A DNA stretch of 64,000 nt from Actinomycetota bacterium (GTDB lineage: Bacteria; Actinomycetota; Actinomycetes; Actinomycetales; Microbacteriaceae): positions 18,937-82,936 of the forward strand of contig JAZBLS010000001.1 of the NCBI GenBank assembly GCA_037033365.1. Direction: 5' to 3'. Of the stretch, positions 55,345 through 64,000 are shown in pieces (positions within the stretch are counted from its first letter, which is position 1; each line of letters starts with the position of its first letter). A program made the position numbers and the translations under genes. Below the pieces are notes generated by a model. The model was not told the origin of the DNA and did no database searches. It was given only the letters and a program-made list of their open reading frames with translations.

Positions 55345-56565
55345 ATGCCCACGTTCCCGAAGGACTTCCTCTGGGGTGCCGCCAGCGCGCCGCACCAGGT
55401 CGAAGGCAACAACGTCAACAGCGACTTCTGGATGCAGGAGCCGTACATGACCGGAGCCGATCGGAGCGGCGATGCGCTCGACAGCTACAACCGCTATCCG
55501 GAGGACATCGCCCTCGTTGCGGACTCAGGCCTCGACACCTACCGGTTCGGGATCGAGTGGGCCCGCATCGAGCCGGCTCCCGGTCAGTTCTCGACGGTGC
55601 AGCTCGCTCACTATCGGCGGATGATCGACACCGCACTGGCTGCCGGTGTGCGTCCCTTCGTCACGCTGCATCACTTCACCTCGCCCCGCTGGTTCGCCGA
55701 GGAGGGCGGATGGCGCTCGCCGCAGGCCATCGACAGGTTCCGCGCCTACGTGGAGGTCGCGGCGACGATCCTGGACGGCGTGGAGTGGGTCTGCACGATC
55801 AACGAGCCCAACATGCTCGCGATCATGGTCGGTGAGGCCGAGGCCGCTCTGGATCCGGACTCCGACGTCGCGTGGCTCAGTCCGACTCTCGAGGCGGACA
55901 CCCCGCGTCCGGTCAAGCCCGCGCCGTCCGAGGAGATCGGACGACGCCTCATCGAGGCGCACCATGCGGCGCGGGAGATCCTGCGCGAGCGCACCGACGC
56001 GAAGATCGGGTGGTCGATCGCCAACCGCGCCTTCGAGACGCGCCCCGGTGCGGAGGAGGTGCGGCGTCGCCTCGAATACGTCTGGGAGGACCTCTATCTC
56101 GAGGCCGCGGAGGATGACGACTTCATCGGAGTCCAGGCCTACTCCGCCCAATGGGTCGGTCCCGACGGCATCGAGCCGCACCCGGTGCACCCCGACAACA
56201 CGCTGGTGCGCACGGCCTACCGTCCCGATGCGCTCGGGATCGCCGTCCGCCACACGGCCGACGTGCTGCCGCGGGTGCCCGTGGTCGTCACCGAGAACGG
56301 CATCGCGACGTCGGATGACGGCCGCAGGATCGCGTACACGGATGCCGCTCTGCGGTCGCTCGCCGAGGCGATGCGAGACGGGGTCGACGTTCGCGGCTAC
56401 ATCCACTGGAGCCTGCTCGACAACTACGAGTGGGGCCACTGGGATCCGACGTTCGGTCTCGTCGCGGTGGATCGGAAGACCTTCGAGCGGCAGCCCAAGC
56501 CCAGCCTGGCCTGGCTCGGCGACCTCGCGCGCCGTAGTCGTGCAGGAGACGGCGACGAGGAGTGA
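55345..56565 (+). CDS. Beta-glucosidase, GH1
   Basis: FLWGAASAPHQVEG, YRFGIEWARIEP, TINEP, VTENG, DNYEW. Confidence 0.93.
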   Translation: MPTFPKDFLWGAASAPHQVEGNNVNSDFWMQEPYMTGADRSGDALDSYNRYPEDIALVADSGLDTYRFGIEWARIEPAPGQFSTVQLAHYRRMIDTALAAGVRPFVTLHHFTSPRWFAEEGGWRSPQAIDRFRAYVEVAATILDGVEWVCTINEPNMLAIMVGEAEAALDPDSDVAWLSPTLEADTPRPVKPAPSEEIGRRLIEAHHAAREILRERTDAKIGWSIANRAFETRPGAEEVRRRLEYVWEDLYLEAAEDDDFIGVQAYSAQWVGPDGIEPHPVHPDNTLVRTAYRPDALGIAVRHTADVLPRVPVVVTENGIATSDDGRRIAYTDAALRSLAEAMRDGVDVRGYIHWSLLDNYEWGHWDPTFGLVAVDRKTFERQPKPSLAWLGDLARRSRAGDGDEE

Positions 56566-56567
56566 GA

Positions 56568-56599
56568 CTGAGGGGCCCGCTCGGAAGCGGGCCCCTCAG
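56568..56599. terminator. Bidirectional hairpin terminator
   Basis: CTGAGGGGCCCGCT / AGCGGGCCCCTCAG 14-bp perfect stem between convergent genes. Confidence 0.75.
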
Positions 56600-57183
56600 T
56601 CCAGGGCGTCGGCCCCGAGCAGTGCGCCGATGTGCGCCTCGATCCGGGCCCTGATGTCGAACGCAGGGCCCTGCATCCACTGCAGCTGCAGCCCTTCCCA
56701 GGCTGCCAGAAGGAGGTGTGCGGCGGCGTCTGCGTCGACTGTCGCGGCGACTCGACCCGCCTCTTGCAGACGGCGGATGTCGGTAGCCACGACCGCGGTC
56801 GAGCGCGCCCACCGGGCCTGGAAGAACTCGTTGGCCGGGTGTTCCGGATCGGCGGCGGCTCCGGCGAGCTCGTTGTAGAGCCGCGCGTAATTCGTGCGCT
56901 GTACTCCGGCTTCGGCGCGCGCGCCCATATCGGCGACGGCACCGGCCTCGGAGCCTCGCGCGCGGATGTTCTCCTCGTCGTGCTGCGCGAGCGCCGCGAT
57001 GAACAGCGCCTCCTTGGTGGGGAAGTGGTAGAACACCGTCGCTTCGCTGGTCTCGGCGAGCTCCGCGATGTCCGACACCGACACGTTGCGGTGGCCGTGC
57101 CTGCGCACGAGGTCGAGGGCGGCTTTGCTGAGTGCCTGCCGCCGTTGGTCCGACTTCGCGTACGGACCTCTCTTCTGGGCCAT
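56596..57183 (-). CDS. TetR family regulator
   Basis: MAQKRGPYAKS..RR, VSVSDIAELAETSEATVFYHFPTKEAL. Confidence 0.9.
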   Translation of the reverse strand: MAQKRGPYAKSDQRRQALSKAALDLVRRHGHRNVSVSDIAELAETSEATVFYHFPTKEALFIAALAQHDEENIRARGSEAGAVADMGARAEAGVQRTNYARLYNELAGAAADPEHPANEFFQARWARSTAVVATDIRRLQEAGRVAATVDADAAAHLLLAAWEGLQLQWMQGPAFDIRARIEAHIGALLGADALD

Positions 57184-57252
57184 CCGGGTCCTTCCGATCG
57201 CTCTTGAGTGGGGCGCTCTGACAATGTTATGCTCATCGCGCCAAAGTAATAG

Positions 57253-57272
57253 TCGACTCAGAATTGAGTCGA
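57253..57272. promoter_or_regulatory. TetR-type palindromic operator
   Basis: TCGACTCA-GAAT-TGAGTCGA; core GACTCAGAATTG recurs upstream of GH1 gene at 55325. Confidence 0.7.
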
Positions 57273-57279
57273 GGGAAAG

Positions 57280-59457
57280 GTGAAGATGCCTGAGTCGACA
57301 GTCGATCGTCGCCGCCTCGTGCGGCGGCACAATCCTGTGCTGACGGCAGCTCATCCGACCGCAGCCCTGACCATCGGCAATGGTGACATCGCCATGACCG
57401 TCGACATCACGGGCCTGCAGACCTTCCCCGATTTCCATGAACTCGTGCCCGATCCGCACCGGGTCGCCGTCACGGGCGTCGACGGCCTCCCCGAGCAGCG
57501 CGTGCGCGTCTTCGACGCCGATGACTTCCAGATCCCGCTGTGTACGCAGTCCACCTGGGCGTGGTACCGCACCCGCACCGACCGCGCATTCGACCGTGAC
57601 GAGGTCGTCACGCGGTATGACACCGCCCGAGGATCGGTGCCGTACCTCGATCGCATGGGCCTGCAGCGCGCGGGCGACCCGATCGGTGAGGAGTTCGTCG
57701 CCGGAGCCTGGTTCCACTACAACCCGAGGCGTGCGCACCTCGGACGGCTGACGCTCACACCGCCGGCAGGCGAGGCTGAACACATCGAGGTCACCGCCGT
57801 GCACAGCCCGCGCACCGAGCTCGATCTGTGGACGGGTCGTGTCGATGCGCGCTACACGCTCGACGGCGAGACGGTCACCGTGACGACTGTCGCTCACCCG
57901 GACCGTGACGCCTTCGCCGTGAGGGTCGAGTCCGGTCTGCTTCTGCGCGGGTGGGGGGTCGCATGGGTCTTCGACGACCAGCCGGACGACCTCGCCGCGT
58001 TCGAGCTGCCGCTCGCCGTGTCGACCGACTGGACCCGCCACAGCGCCGCCCGATGGTCGGCTCGTCGGCAGCTGGAGGGGGCCTCGTACGACGTGGAGAT
58101 CGCGACGAGCGGCGTGCTCGACGCTCGAGGGGCGGATGCCGTCGCTGCCACGACAGTCGCCGATGAGGGCGCGCTCGAGGTCGTGGTGATCCCGCGCCCG
58201 AGCGGCGCTCCGGATGATTCGACGCACCTGTCGTTCCGGGATGTCGTGGGCGCAGCGGAGGCCTGGTGGGAGGGGTTCTGGTCGCACGGAACCGCTGTCT
58301 CGTTCGAGGGCAGCGACGACGAGCGCGCGGAGGAGCTCGAGCGCCGCATCGTGCTCTCGCAGTACCTCGCTGCGGTGAACAGTGCGGGATCGACCCCGCC
58401 GGCCGAGACGGGACTCACCTACAACACCTGGACCGGCAAGTTCCACCTCGAGATGCACTGGTGGCACGCCGCGCACTTCGCGCTCTGGGGGCGTGGCGAT
58501 CTTCTCGAGCGCAGCCTGGGCTGGTACCACTCGGCGCTTCCCGCAGCGCGGGCGACCGCGCAGTGGCAGGGCTATCGCGGCGCACGCTGGCAGAAGCAGA
58601 GCGACCCGAGCGGCGTGGAATCGCCGAGCAACATCGGCGTGTTCCTCGTGTGGCAGCAGCCCCACATCATCCACATGCTGGAGCTTCTGCGCAGAGAGGG
58701 CAGAGACGACGCGTTCCTGCGCGAGCACTATCCGCTCGTCGAGGCCACCGCGGAGTTCATGGCGGACTTCGTCGAGGAGCGCGATGGCGCGTTCGTGCTG
58801 CCGCCGCCGATCATCCCGGCGCAGGAGAGCTACCTCGCGGATCGCCGGTCGAACACGAATCCGACCTTCGAACTCGCGTACTGGTCGTGGGCGCTCGAGG
58901 TCGCGAACGACTGGCGATCGCTGCTCGGACTCGGTCAGGAGCGGCGATGGGAGCGAGTCGCCCGCAACATGGCACCGCTCCCGCGTCTCGCCGATGGGAC
59001 GTATGCCGCGCTGAGCACGCCCCCCTACCTCGTGCGCAAAGATCACCCGTCGATGCTGATGGCGCTCGGATGGCTCCCGCCGACCGACGCCGTCGATCCC
59101 GACATCATGCGCTCGACGCTCGAGACCGTCTGGGCGCGGTGGGATCTGCAGTCGAGCTGGGGGTGGGACTACCCGGTGATGGCCATGACTGCGGCATCAC
59201 TCGGAGACCTCGGCCTCGCGTTCGACGCCCTGCTGCTGCCGTCGCCCAAGAACCAGTTCCTCCCGAACGGCCACATGCCGCAGATCCCGGGCTTCCTGTC
59301 GCTGTACCTCCCGGCCAACGGAGGGCTGCTCGCCGCGATCGCCCACATCGTCGCGGCGATCGAATCCGGGGCGGCAGAGCCGCACGGGTGGCGCGTGACC
59401 TATGACGCGCCCACGGCATCCGCCTCGAAGCCTCGCGCCGCCTCCGGCGTCGCCTGA
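57280..59457 (+). CDS. Six-hairpin glycoside hydrolase-like protein (GH65/GH95-like, family unresolved)
   Basis: LVRRHNP, GNGDIAMTVDITGLQT, ETGLTYNTWTGKFHLEMHWW, WGWDYP, PNGH..Q, YLPANGGLL. Confidence 0.65.
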   Translation: MKMPESTVDRRRLVRRHNPVLTAAHPTAALTIGNGDIAMTVDITGLQTFPDFHELVPDPHRVAVTGVDGLPEQRVRVFDADDFQIPLCTQSTWAWYRTRTDRAFDRDEVVTRYDTARGSVPYLDRMGLQRAGDPIGEEFVAGAWFHYNPRRAHLGRLTLTPPAGEAEHIEVTAVHSPRTELDLWTGRVDARYTLDGETVTVTTVAHPDRDAFAVRVESGLLLRGWGVAWVFDDQPDDLAAFELPLAVSTDWTRHSAARWSARRQLEGASYDVEIATSGVLDARGADAVAATTVADEGALEVVVIPRPSGAPDDSTHLSFRDVVGAAEAWWEGFWSHGTAVSFEGSDDERAEELERRIVLSQYLAAVNSAGSTPPAETGLTYNTWTGKFHLEMHWWHAAHFALWGRGDLLERSLGWYHSALPAARATAQWQGYRGARWQKQSDPSGVESPSNIGVFLVWQQPHIIHMLELLRREGRDDAFLREHYPLVEATAEFMADFVEERDGAFVLPPPIIPAQESYLADRRSNTNPTFELAYWSWALEVANDWRSLLGLGQERRWERVARNMAPLPRLADGTYAALSTPPYLVRKDHPSMLMALGWLPPTDAVDPDIMRSTLETVWARWDLQSSWGWDYPVMAMTAASLGDLGLAFDALLLPSPKNQFLPNGHMPQIPGFLSLYLPANGGLLAAIAHIVAAIESGAAEPHGWRVTYDAPTASASKPRAASGVA

Positions 59458-59592
59458 CCCCTGCGACCCCCCGAGAGAGAGGATGATTCCCTGTAAGGCA
59501 ACCGGTTGACGGTCTGCTGATCAGCGTCTGCACCACGACCGCACCACCCAGCTATCGAACCGCGCGGCGGTTCGTCGTTCGAAGGATTTTCA

Positions 59593-60909
59593 ATGATGAG
59601 GACCACACGCACCACCCCGCACGCGGGCCGCACGCGGCGGCTGGCCGTCGTCGCCGGCGGATTCGTCGTCACGGCCGCGATCACTCTCTCGGGATGCTCG
59701 TCGCCCGAGCCTGCGGAGCCGTCCGCGGGTGCCGAAGACGTCACCCTGACGTTCATGAACCAGTCCCGGGGCCAGGAGGCCGCGCTCACGCAGCTCGCGG
59801 AGCAGTACGAGGAGGAGACGGGCGTCACCGTGACCATCGACTCTCCCGGACCCGCCGACTACCTGCCGAAGCTGCAGGCGAAGGCCCAGTCGAACTCGAT
59901 GCCCGACATCTACTCGTCCTTCCAGGCCACCGACATGGCTCCGTTCTACAAAGCCGGGTGGGCGATGGATCTCACCGACGAGCTCGAGGGGGAGTGGAGC
60001 GAGGACTTCAGTCCCGCGATCATCGAGATGTCGACCTTCGAGAAGGACAACAACCTCGATGTTCCCGAGGGGATCTACACGGTCCACTGGGAGACCCAGA
60101 CCTACGGCTTCCTGCTGAACCCGGGACTGACCGGCGTCACCCTGGAGGATGCACCCGAGACGACCGAGGATCTCATCGACGCGCTCGCCGCATCCGACGG
60201 GGGCAGCTTCTCGGTCGCCGCATCGCTGACGCCGCAGTTCCTGCAGGCGATCGCCTCCAACTGGCTGACGGACGACGAGATCGCCGCGACCTTCAACGGG
60301 GAGGAGAGCTGGGAACAGGATGCCTGGCGCGAGGCCTTCCAGGTGCTGGTCGACATGAAGGACGCCGGCGTGATCGCCAACGACGCGCTCGTCGGCGGCC
60401 AGGACGACAACCCCAACGTGGAGTCGTCGTTCTTCACCCAGGCGATGGGCTCGATCTTCGATGCGTCGCCGGGTGTGTCGGTGGGGCTGCGCACGAACCC
60501 GGAGTTCGAGGACTACTTCTCGGTCGGGATCCCGGCCGTCGACGGCGGCACGGAGGATCCTCGCTCACCCGGAGTCCCCGGAAAGGGCGCGGTCATCAAC
60601 CCCAAGGGCGAGCACCCGGACGAGGCTCTCGCGTTCGTGAAGTGGCTGACCGAGCCCGAGCAGCAGGCCGTGTTCGCCGAGGTCGGACGCATCCTGCCCA
60701 CCAACCCCGAGCTGCTCTCGAGCGGAGACGTGCCGGAGCAGCTCGCGGGCTTCGCCTCGGGAGTCGAGACCCTGCAGGTCATGTCCGCGACGTTCGCGAC
60801 CGACGTACGCACGGCGATCGTCGCCGAAGCCCAGCGCGTCGTGCTCGGAGAGGCGACCATCGACGAGGCTCTGGCCAACATCCAGGCCGCTCAAGACCGA
60901 GTGTCATGA
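59593..60909 (+). CDS. Carbohydrate ABC transporter substrate-binding lipoprotein
   Basis: Lipobox LSGC, MPDIY, ALAFVKWLT. Confidence 0.88.
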   Translation: MMRTTRTTPHAGRTRRLAVVAGGFVVTAAITLSGCSSPEPAEPSAGAEDVTLTFMNQSRGQEAALTQLAEQYEEETGVTVTIDSPGPADYLPKLQAKAQSNSMPDIYSSFQATDMAPFYKAGWAMDLTDELEGEWSEDFSPAIIEMSTFEKDNNLDVPEGIYTVHWETQTYGFLLNPGLTGVTLEDAPETTEDLIDALAASDGGSFSVAASLTPQFLQAIASNWLTDDEIAATFNGEESWEQDAWREAFQVLVDMKDAGVIANDALVGGQDDNPNVESSFFTQAMGSIFDASPGVSVGLRTNPEFEDYFSVGIPAVDGGTEDPRSPGVPGKGAVINPKGEHPDEALAFVKWLTEPEQQAVFAEVGRILPTNPELLSSGDVPEQLAGFASGVETLQVMSATFATDVRTAIVAEAQRVVLGEATIDEALANIQAAQDRVS

Positions 60910-61841
60910 CGTCGACCACTCTGTCGCTTCCTGCGCGGCGCCCCGACCGGGCGCCGCGCAGGAAGCACTCGCTTCGGGCCAACCTGCTGGGCTGGTTCTT
61001 CCTCGCGCCTGCCATCGCGCTCATCGGCATCTTCACGATCGTGCCGTTCGGGCAGGCGATCCTGCTCAGCTTCCAGACTTGGGACGGAGTGAGCCCGGAC
61101 ACTCCGTGGGTGGGGCTGGCGAACTACGAGTTCATCGCGAGCGATCCGGTCTTCTGGGCGTCCATGAGGAACGTGCTCTTCTTCGGAGTCGTCGGGTTCT
61201 TCGTCGGCAACGGCATCGCGCTCGGCATGGCGCTGGCCGTCAATCGCGTCACCCGGGGCAAGACGTTCTTCCGCACCGTGTTCTACCTCCCGGGAGTCCT
61301 CTCTGTCGTCGTCGTCGGCCTGCTGTTCTCGTTCATCCTCGCCCCCGGATCGGGTGTGCTGAACCGCGTGCTCGAGCTGGTGGGCCTCGGGGCCTTGCAG
61401 CAGAACTGGCTCGGGGATCCGTCTGTCGCGCTCCCCGCCGTGGCTGCCGTGTTCGTCTGGTTCCACTGGGGTTTCGGATTCCTGCTCTTCCTCGCGGGGC
61501 TGCAGGATGTGCCGAAAGAGCTGTACGAGGCAGCCGAGCTCGACGGCGCGAGCCCGTGGACGCAGTTCCGCTACATCACCTGGCCGCATCTCGCGCCGGT
61601 CACCTCGATCGTGAGCCTGCTCACGCTGCTGGCCGCGCTGCAGATCTTCGGCACCGTGCAGGTGCTCACAAACGGCGGACCGGGGTATCACACGATGGTG
61701 CCGACGCTCGCGATCTTCAACGAGGCGTTCGTCAACTGGCGCTACGGGAGCGCCGCGGCCATGTCCGTCGTGTTCGGAGGAGCGCTCGTGCTGCTCTCCG
61801 TCCTGCAACTCGCCATCACCGGGCGGAGGTCCCGCGCATGA
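60906..61841 (+). CDS. Carbohydrate ABC transporter permease
   Basis: VPKELYEAAELDGAS EAA motif. Confidence 0.92.
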   Translation: MTSTTLSLPARRPDRAPRRKHSLRANLLGWFFLAPAIALIGIFTIVPFGQAILLSFQTWDGVSPDTPWVGLANYEFIASDPVFWASMRNVLFFGVVGFFVGNGIALGMALAVNRVTRGKTFFRTVFYLPGVLSVVVVGLLFSFILAPGSGVLNRVLELVGLGALQQNWLGDPSVALPAVAAVFVWFHWGFGFLLFLAGLQDVPKELYEAAELDGASPWTQFRYITWPHLAPVTSIVSLLTLLAALQIFGTVQVLTNGGPGYHTMVPTLAIFNEAFVNWRYGSAAAMSVVFGGALVLLSVLQLAITGRRSRA

Positions 61842-62728
61842 CGCTCATCACCCGGCCGCCGGTCGACGAGGCTCCGTCCCCTGTGCAGGTCGCACGCCGA
61901 CCTCGTCGTCGGCTTCGCGCCGACAAGGTGGGGCTCTACGGGTTGCTCATCGTCGCTGCGCTCACCGCGCTGCTGCCCCTGCTGTGGATGCTCTCCGGGT
62001 CGCTCCAGAGCCTCACCGAGTTGCTGTCGAACGACAGCTTCCTGCCGGCGGACCCGCAATGGCAGAACTACGTCACCGCGTGGGTACAGGGCGATCTCGG
62101 CACCTACCTGCGCAACAGCGTGATCTACACGGGGTGCGCGGTCGCCGGCATCCTGCTCGTCTCGAGCCTCGCGGGCTATGCGCTCGCTCGGTTGGACTTC
62201 GCGGGCAAGGGGGTGTTCACCGTCATCATCCTGGCCGTGATGATCATCCCGGCTCCGGCGATGTTCCTCGCGCAGTACAAGCTGCTCATCTCGCTCGGGC
62301 TGACGAACAATCCGGTCGGCTACGTCCTGATCCTGATCACCTCGGGCATCCCGATGTCCACCCTCATCATGCGCAGCTTCTTCGTCAGTCAGCCCCGCGA
62401 TCTCGAGGAGGCCGCTGCGCTCGATGGGGCCGGTCCGCTGCGCATCTTCTGGAGCGTGATCCTGCCGTTGGCCAAGCCCGGCCTCGCCGCGGTGGCCGTG
62501 ATCCAGGGACTCGGCGCCTGGAACGAGTACCTCATGGCGCTCGTGCTGTTCGACGACAACGCCCTGATGCCGATTCAGCGGGGCCTGACGGCGTTCACGT
62601 CGGCCGAGACCCCGCAGCAGCAGATCCTGCTCGCGGCGACGACGATCTCGATCGTGCCGGTCGTCATCTTCTATCTGATGGCACAGCGGCACATCGTGAA
62701 GGGGATCGGAGCGGGCGCGATCAAGTGA
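61838..62728 (+). CDS. Carbohydrate ABC transporter permease
   Basis: PRDLEEAAALDGAG, WNEYLMAL. Confidence 0.92.
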   Translation: MTLITRPPVDEAPSPVQVARRPRRRLRADKVGLYGLLIVAALTALLPLLWMLSGSLQSLTELLSNDSFLPADPQWQNYVTAWVQGDLGTYLRNSVIYTGCAVAGILLVSSLAGYALARLDFAGKGVFTVIILAVMIIPAPAMFLAQYKLLISLGLTNNPVGYVLILITSGIPMSTLIMRSFFVSQPRDLEEAAALDGAGPLRIFWSVILPLAKPGLAAVAVIQGLGAWNEYLMALVLFDDNALMPIQRGLTAFTSAETPQQQILLAATTISIVPVVIFYLMAQRHIVKGIGAGAIK

Positions 62729-62769
62729 CGACGAGCGCGGGCCGTGGGATCTCTCCGCCGGCCCGTGCT

Positions 62770-63804
62770 TCAGCTCCTCGGGGCCGCGGTGGACTCCCGC
62801 ACGACGAGCTCGAGCGGGAGCACCACCTTCGAGGGGATGCGGTTCTGCGCGGGGTCGATGACCGTCGTCATCGCTCGCGTGCCGATCTCCCGCAGCGGTG
62901 AGTGCAGGGTGGTGAGCGCGGGAACCGCAAGCTCCGCGCTGAAGATGTCGTCGAAGCCGATCACACTGAGCTCCTCGGGCAGCCGCAGCCCCTCGGTCCG
63001 CGCCGCGCGGAGCAGGCCGTGGGCGACCAGGTCGTTGTATGCCAGGGCGGCGGTCACGCCGCTCGCGCGCACGCGGCGGAGTGCGGCGGCACCCGCATCG
63101 ACAGTCGGCGCCTCGACCGTGATCTCGACCACGGACAGGTCGCGCGAGATGGCGAGGTCGAGAGTGAGATCCCAGCGAGCCCGATTGATCTGAGCTCCGC
63201 CGAGCCCGAGATAGGCGACGGATCTGTGGCCGAGGTCGCGGAGGTGGTCCATCGCCGCGGACAGCCCCATCGCCAGATCCGGGATGACGCTGGGGAGCGT
63301 CGACGCGGCGTGATTCGCCGCGACGACCGGCTTCACCTCGGAGAGGGCCGCGAGCACCTCGTCGTCGAGGCGCGAGGCGACGACGAGCAGTCCGTCGACC
63401 GACGGCTGGAGGCTCTCGATGGTCTCGCGCTCGATGTCCGCGGAACCCTCGGTCTCGGAGATGACGAGAGTGAACCCGTGCGCCCGAGCGATCTGCTCTG
63501 CGCCACGGATCAGGTCGAAATGCACCGGGTTGGTGATGTCGGGCAGAACGATCGCGTACGTCCCTGATCTGCCGGTGGGCAGTGCCCGCGCCATGGGGTT
63601 CACGCGGTAGCCCAGTTCATCCGCGGCGGCGCGGATCCGCTGCTCCGTGGCGGAGTTCGTGCGACCGGGCTTGTTGAGCGCACGGGACACGGTCGACGGA
63701 TTGAGTCCGACCTTCTGAGCGATGTCGTAGATCGTGGGGCGGCGCACGGCACGGGCATCGTGCGCAGCATCCGCGTGCGATCCGTTCGTCTCGTCTGCGG
63801 GCAT
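62770..63804 (-). CDS. LacI family regulator
   Basis: TIYDIAQKVGLNPSTVSRAL, YRVNPMARAL, YNDLVAHG, SVIGFDD, PALTT. Confidence 0.93.
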   Translation of the reverse strand: MPADETNGSHADAAHDARAVRRPTIYDIAQKVGLNPSTVSRALNKPGRTNSATEQRIRAAADELGYRVNPMARALPTGRSGTYAIVLPDITNPVHFDLIRGAEQIARAHGFTLVISETEGSADIERETIESLQPSVDGLLVVASRLDDEVLAALSEVKPVVAANHAASTLPSVIPDLAMGLSAAMDHLRDLGHRSVAYLGLGGAQINRARWDLTLDLAISRDLSVVEITVEAPTVDAGAAALRRVRASGVTAALAYNDLVAHGLLRAARTEGLRLPEELSVIGFDDIFSAELAVPALTTLHSPLREIGTRAMTTVIDPAQNRIPSKVVLPLELVVRESTAAPRS

Positions 63805-63885
63805 CGAGTGCTCTCCTTCTTCGCAACCCGGGCATCCGGTTCCCCTGATCGTACGGGAGGGAGAGAGAACCTCCCGGTTTCCGCA

Positions 63886-63903
63886 TTGGCAACCGCTTGC
63901 CAA
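63886..63903. promoter_or_regulatory. LacI-type operator
   Basis: TTGGCAA-CCGC-TTGCCAA; related sites at 47581 and 59497. Confidence 0.7.
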
Positions 63904-63967
63904 AATATCAGAACCGTGGTTGTCTAGCGGGGACGTCAGGGCGGACGCCCCGGAGAGGATTCGTACG

Positions 63968-64000
63968 ATGCTTCGACCCCAGTGGTCCCCGACCCGCGAG
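63968..64000 (+). CDS. N-terminus of probable beta-glucuronidase (GH2), truncated by window end
   Basis: GGAGAGG RBS then MLRPQWSPTRE, resembling the UidA N-terminus MLRPVETPTRE; only 11 codons visible. Confidence 0.55.
   Translation, partial: MLRPQWSPTRE

Overview
High-GC actinobacterial DNA, probably Microbacteriaceae (inferred from gene content and the tRNA-Ser 3' fragment). The window is a mosaic. (1) 1-7.0 kb: amine/amino-acid-type catabolic cluster (FAH hydrolase, ALDH, GAF-AAA+-Fis activator, APC permease, 2-hydroxyacid dehydrogenase). (2) 7.2-17.3 kb: split transketolase + FGGY kinase + two SDRs + sugar ABC transporter + SorC-type regulator (apiose-pathway-like), ending in a translationally coupled type II lumazine synthase. 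(3) 17.3-22.5 kb: SDR/TetR cassette, then a frameshifted GH30 remnant. (4) 23-32.3 kb: LacI-controlled GH42 + ABC + secreted GH93-like arabinan/galactan locus. (5) about 32.3-45.9 kb: integrative-element core with a candidate bacteriocin/immunity pair, a PIN/RHH TA pair, two tandem Rv2175c/MbcA-like genes, two origin-like convergent iteron arrays but no visible replicase, a switch-like non-coding region, xis-int, defence-like cargo (ATPase-PD(D/E)xK fusion, Zn-ribbon protein, PIN-like protein), and a tRNA-Ser 3' att fragment flanked on both sides by arm-like repeats. (6) 46-64 kb: glycoside utilisation region (GH78, GH1, unclassified six-hairpin GH, ABC, MFS, start of a probable beta-glucuronidase) interrupted by a MarR-BVMO-lactonase module. 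All product calls come from motif recognition by eye; no database search was run.
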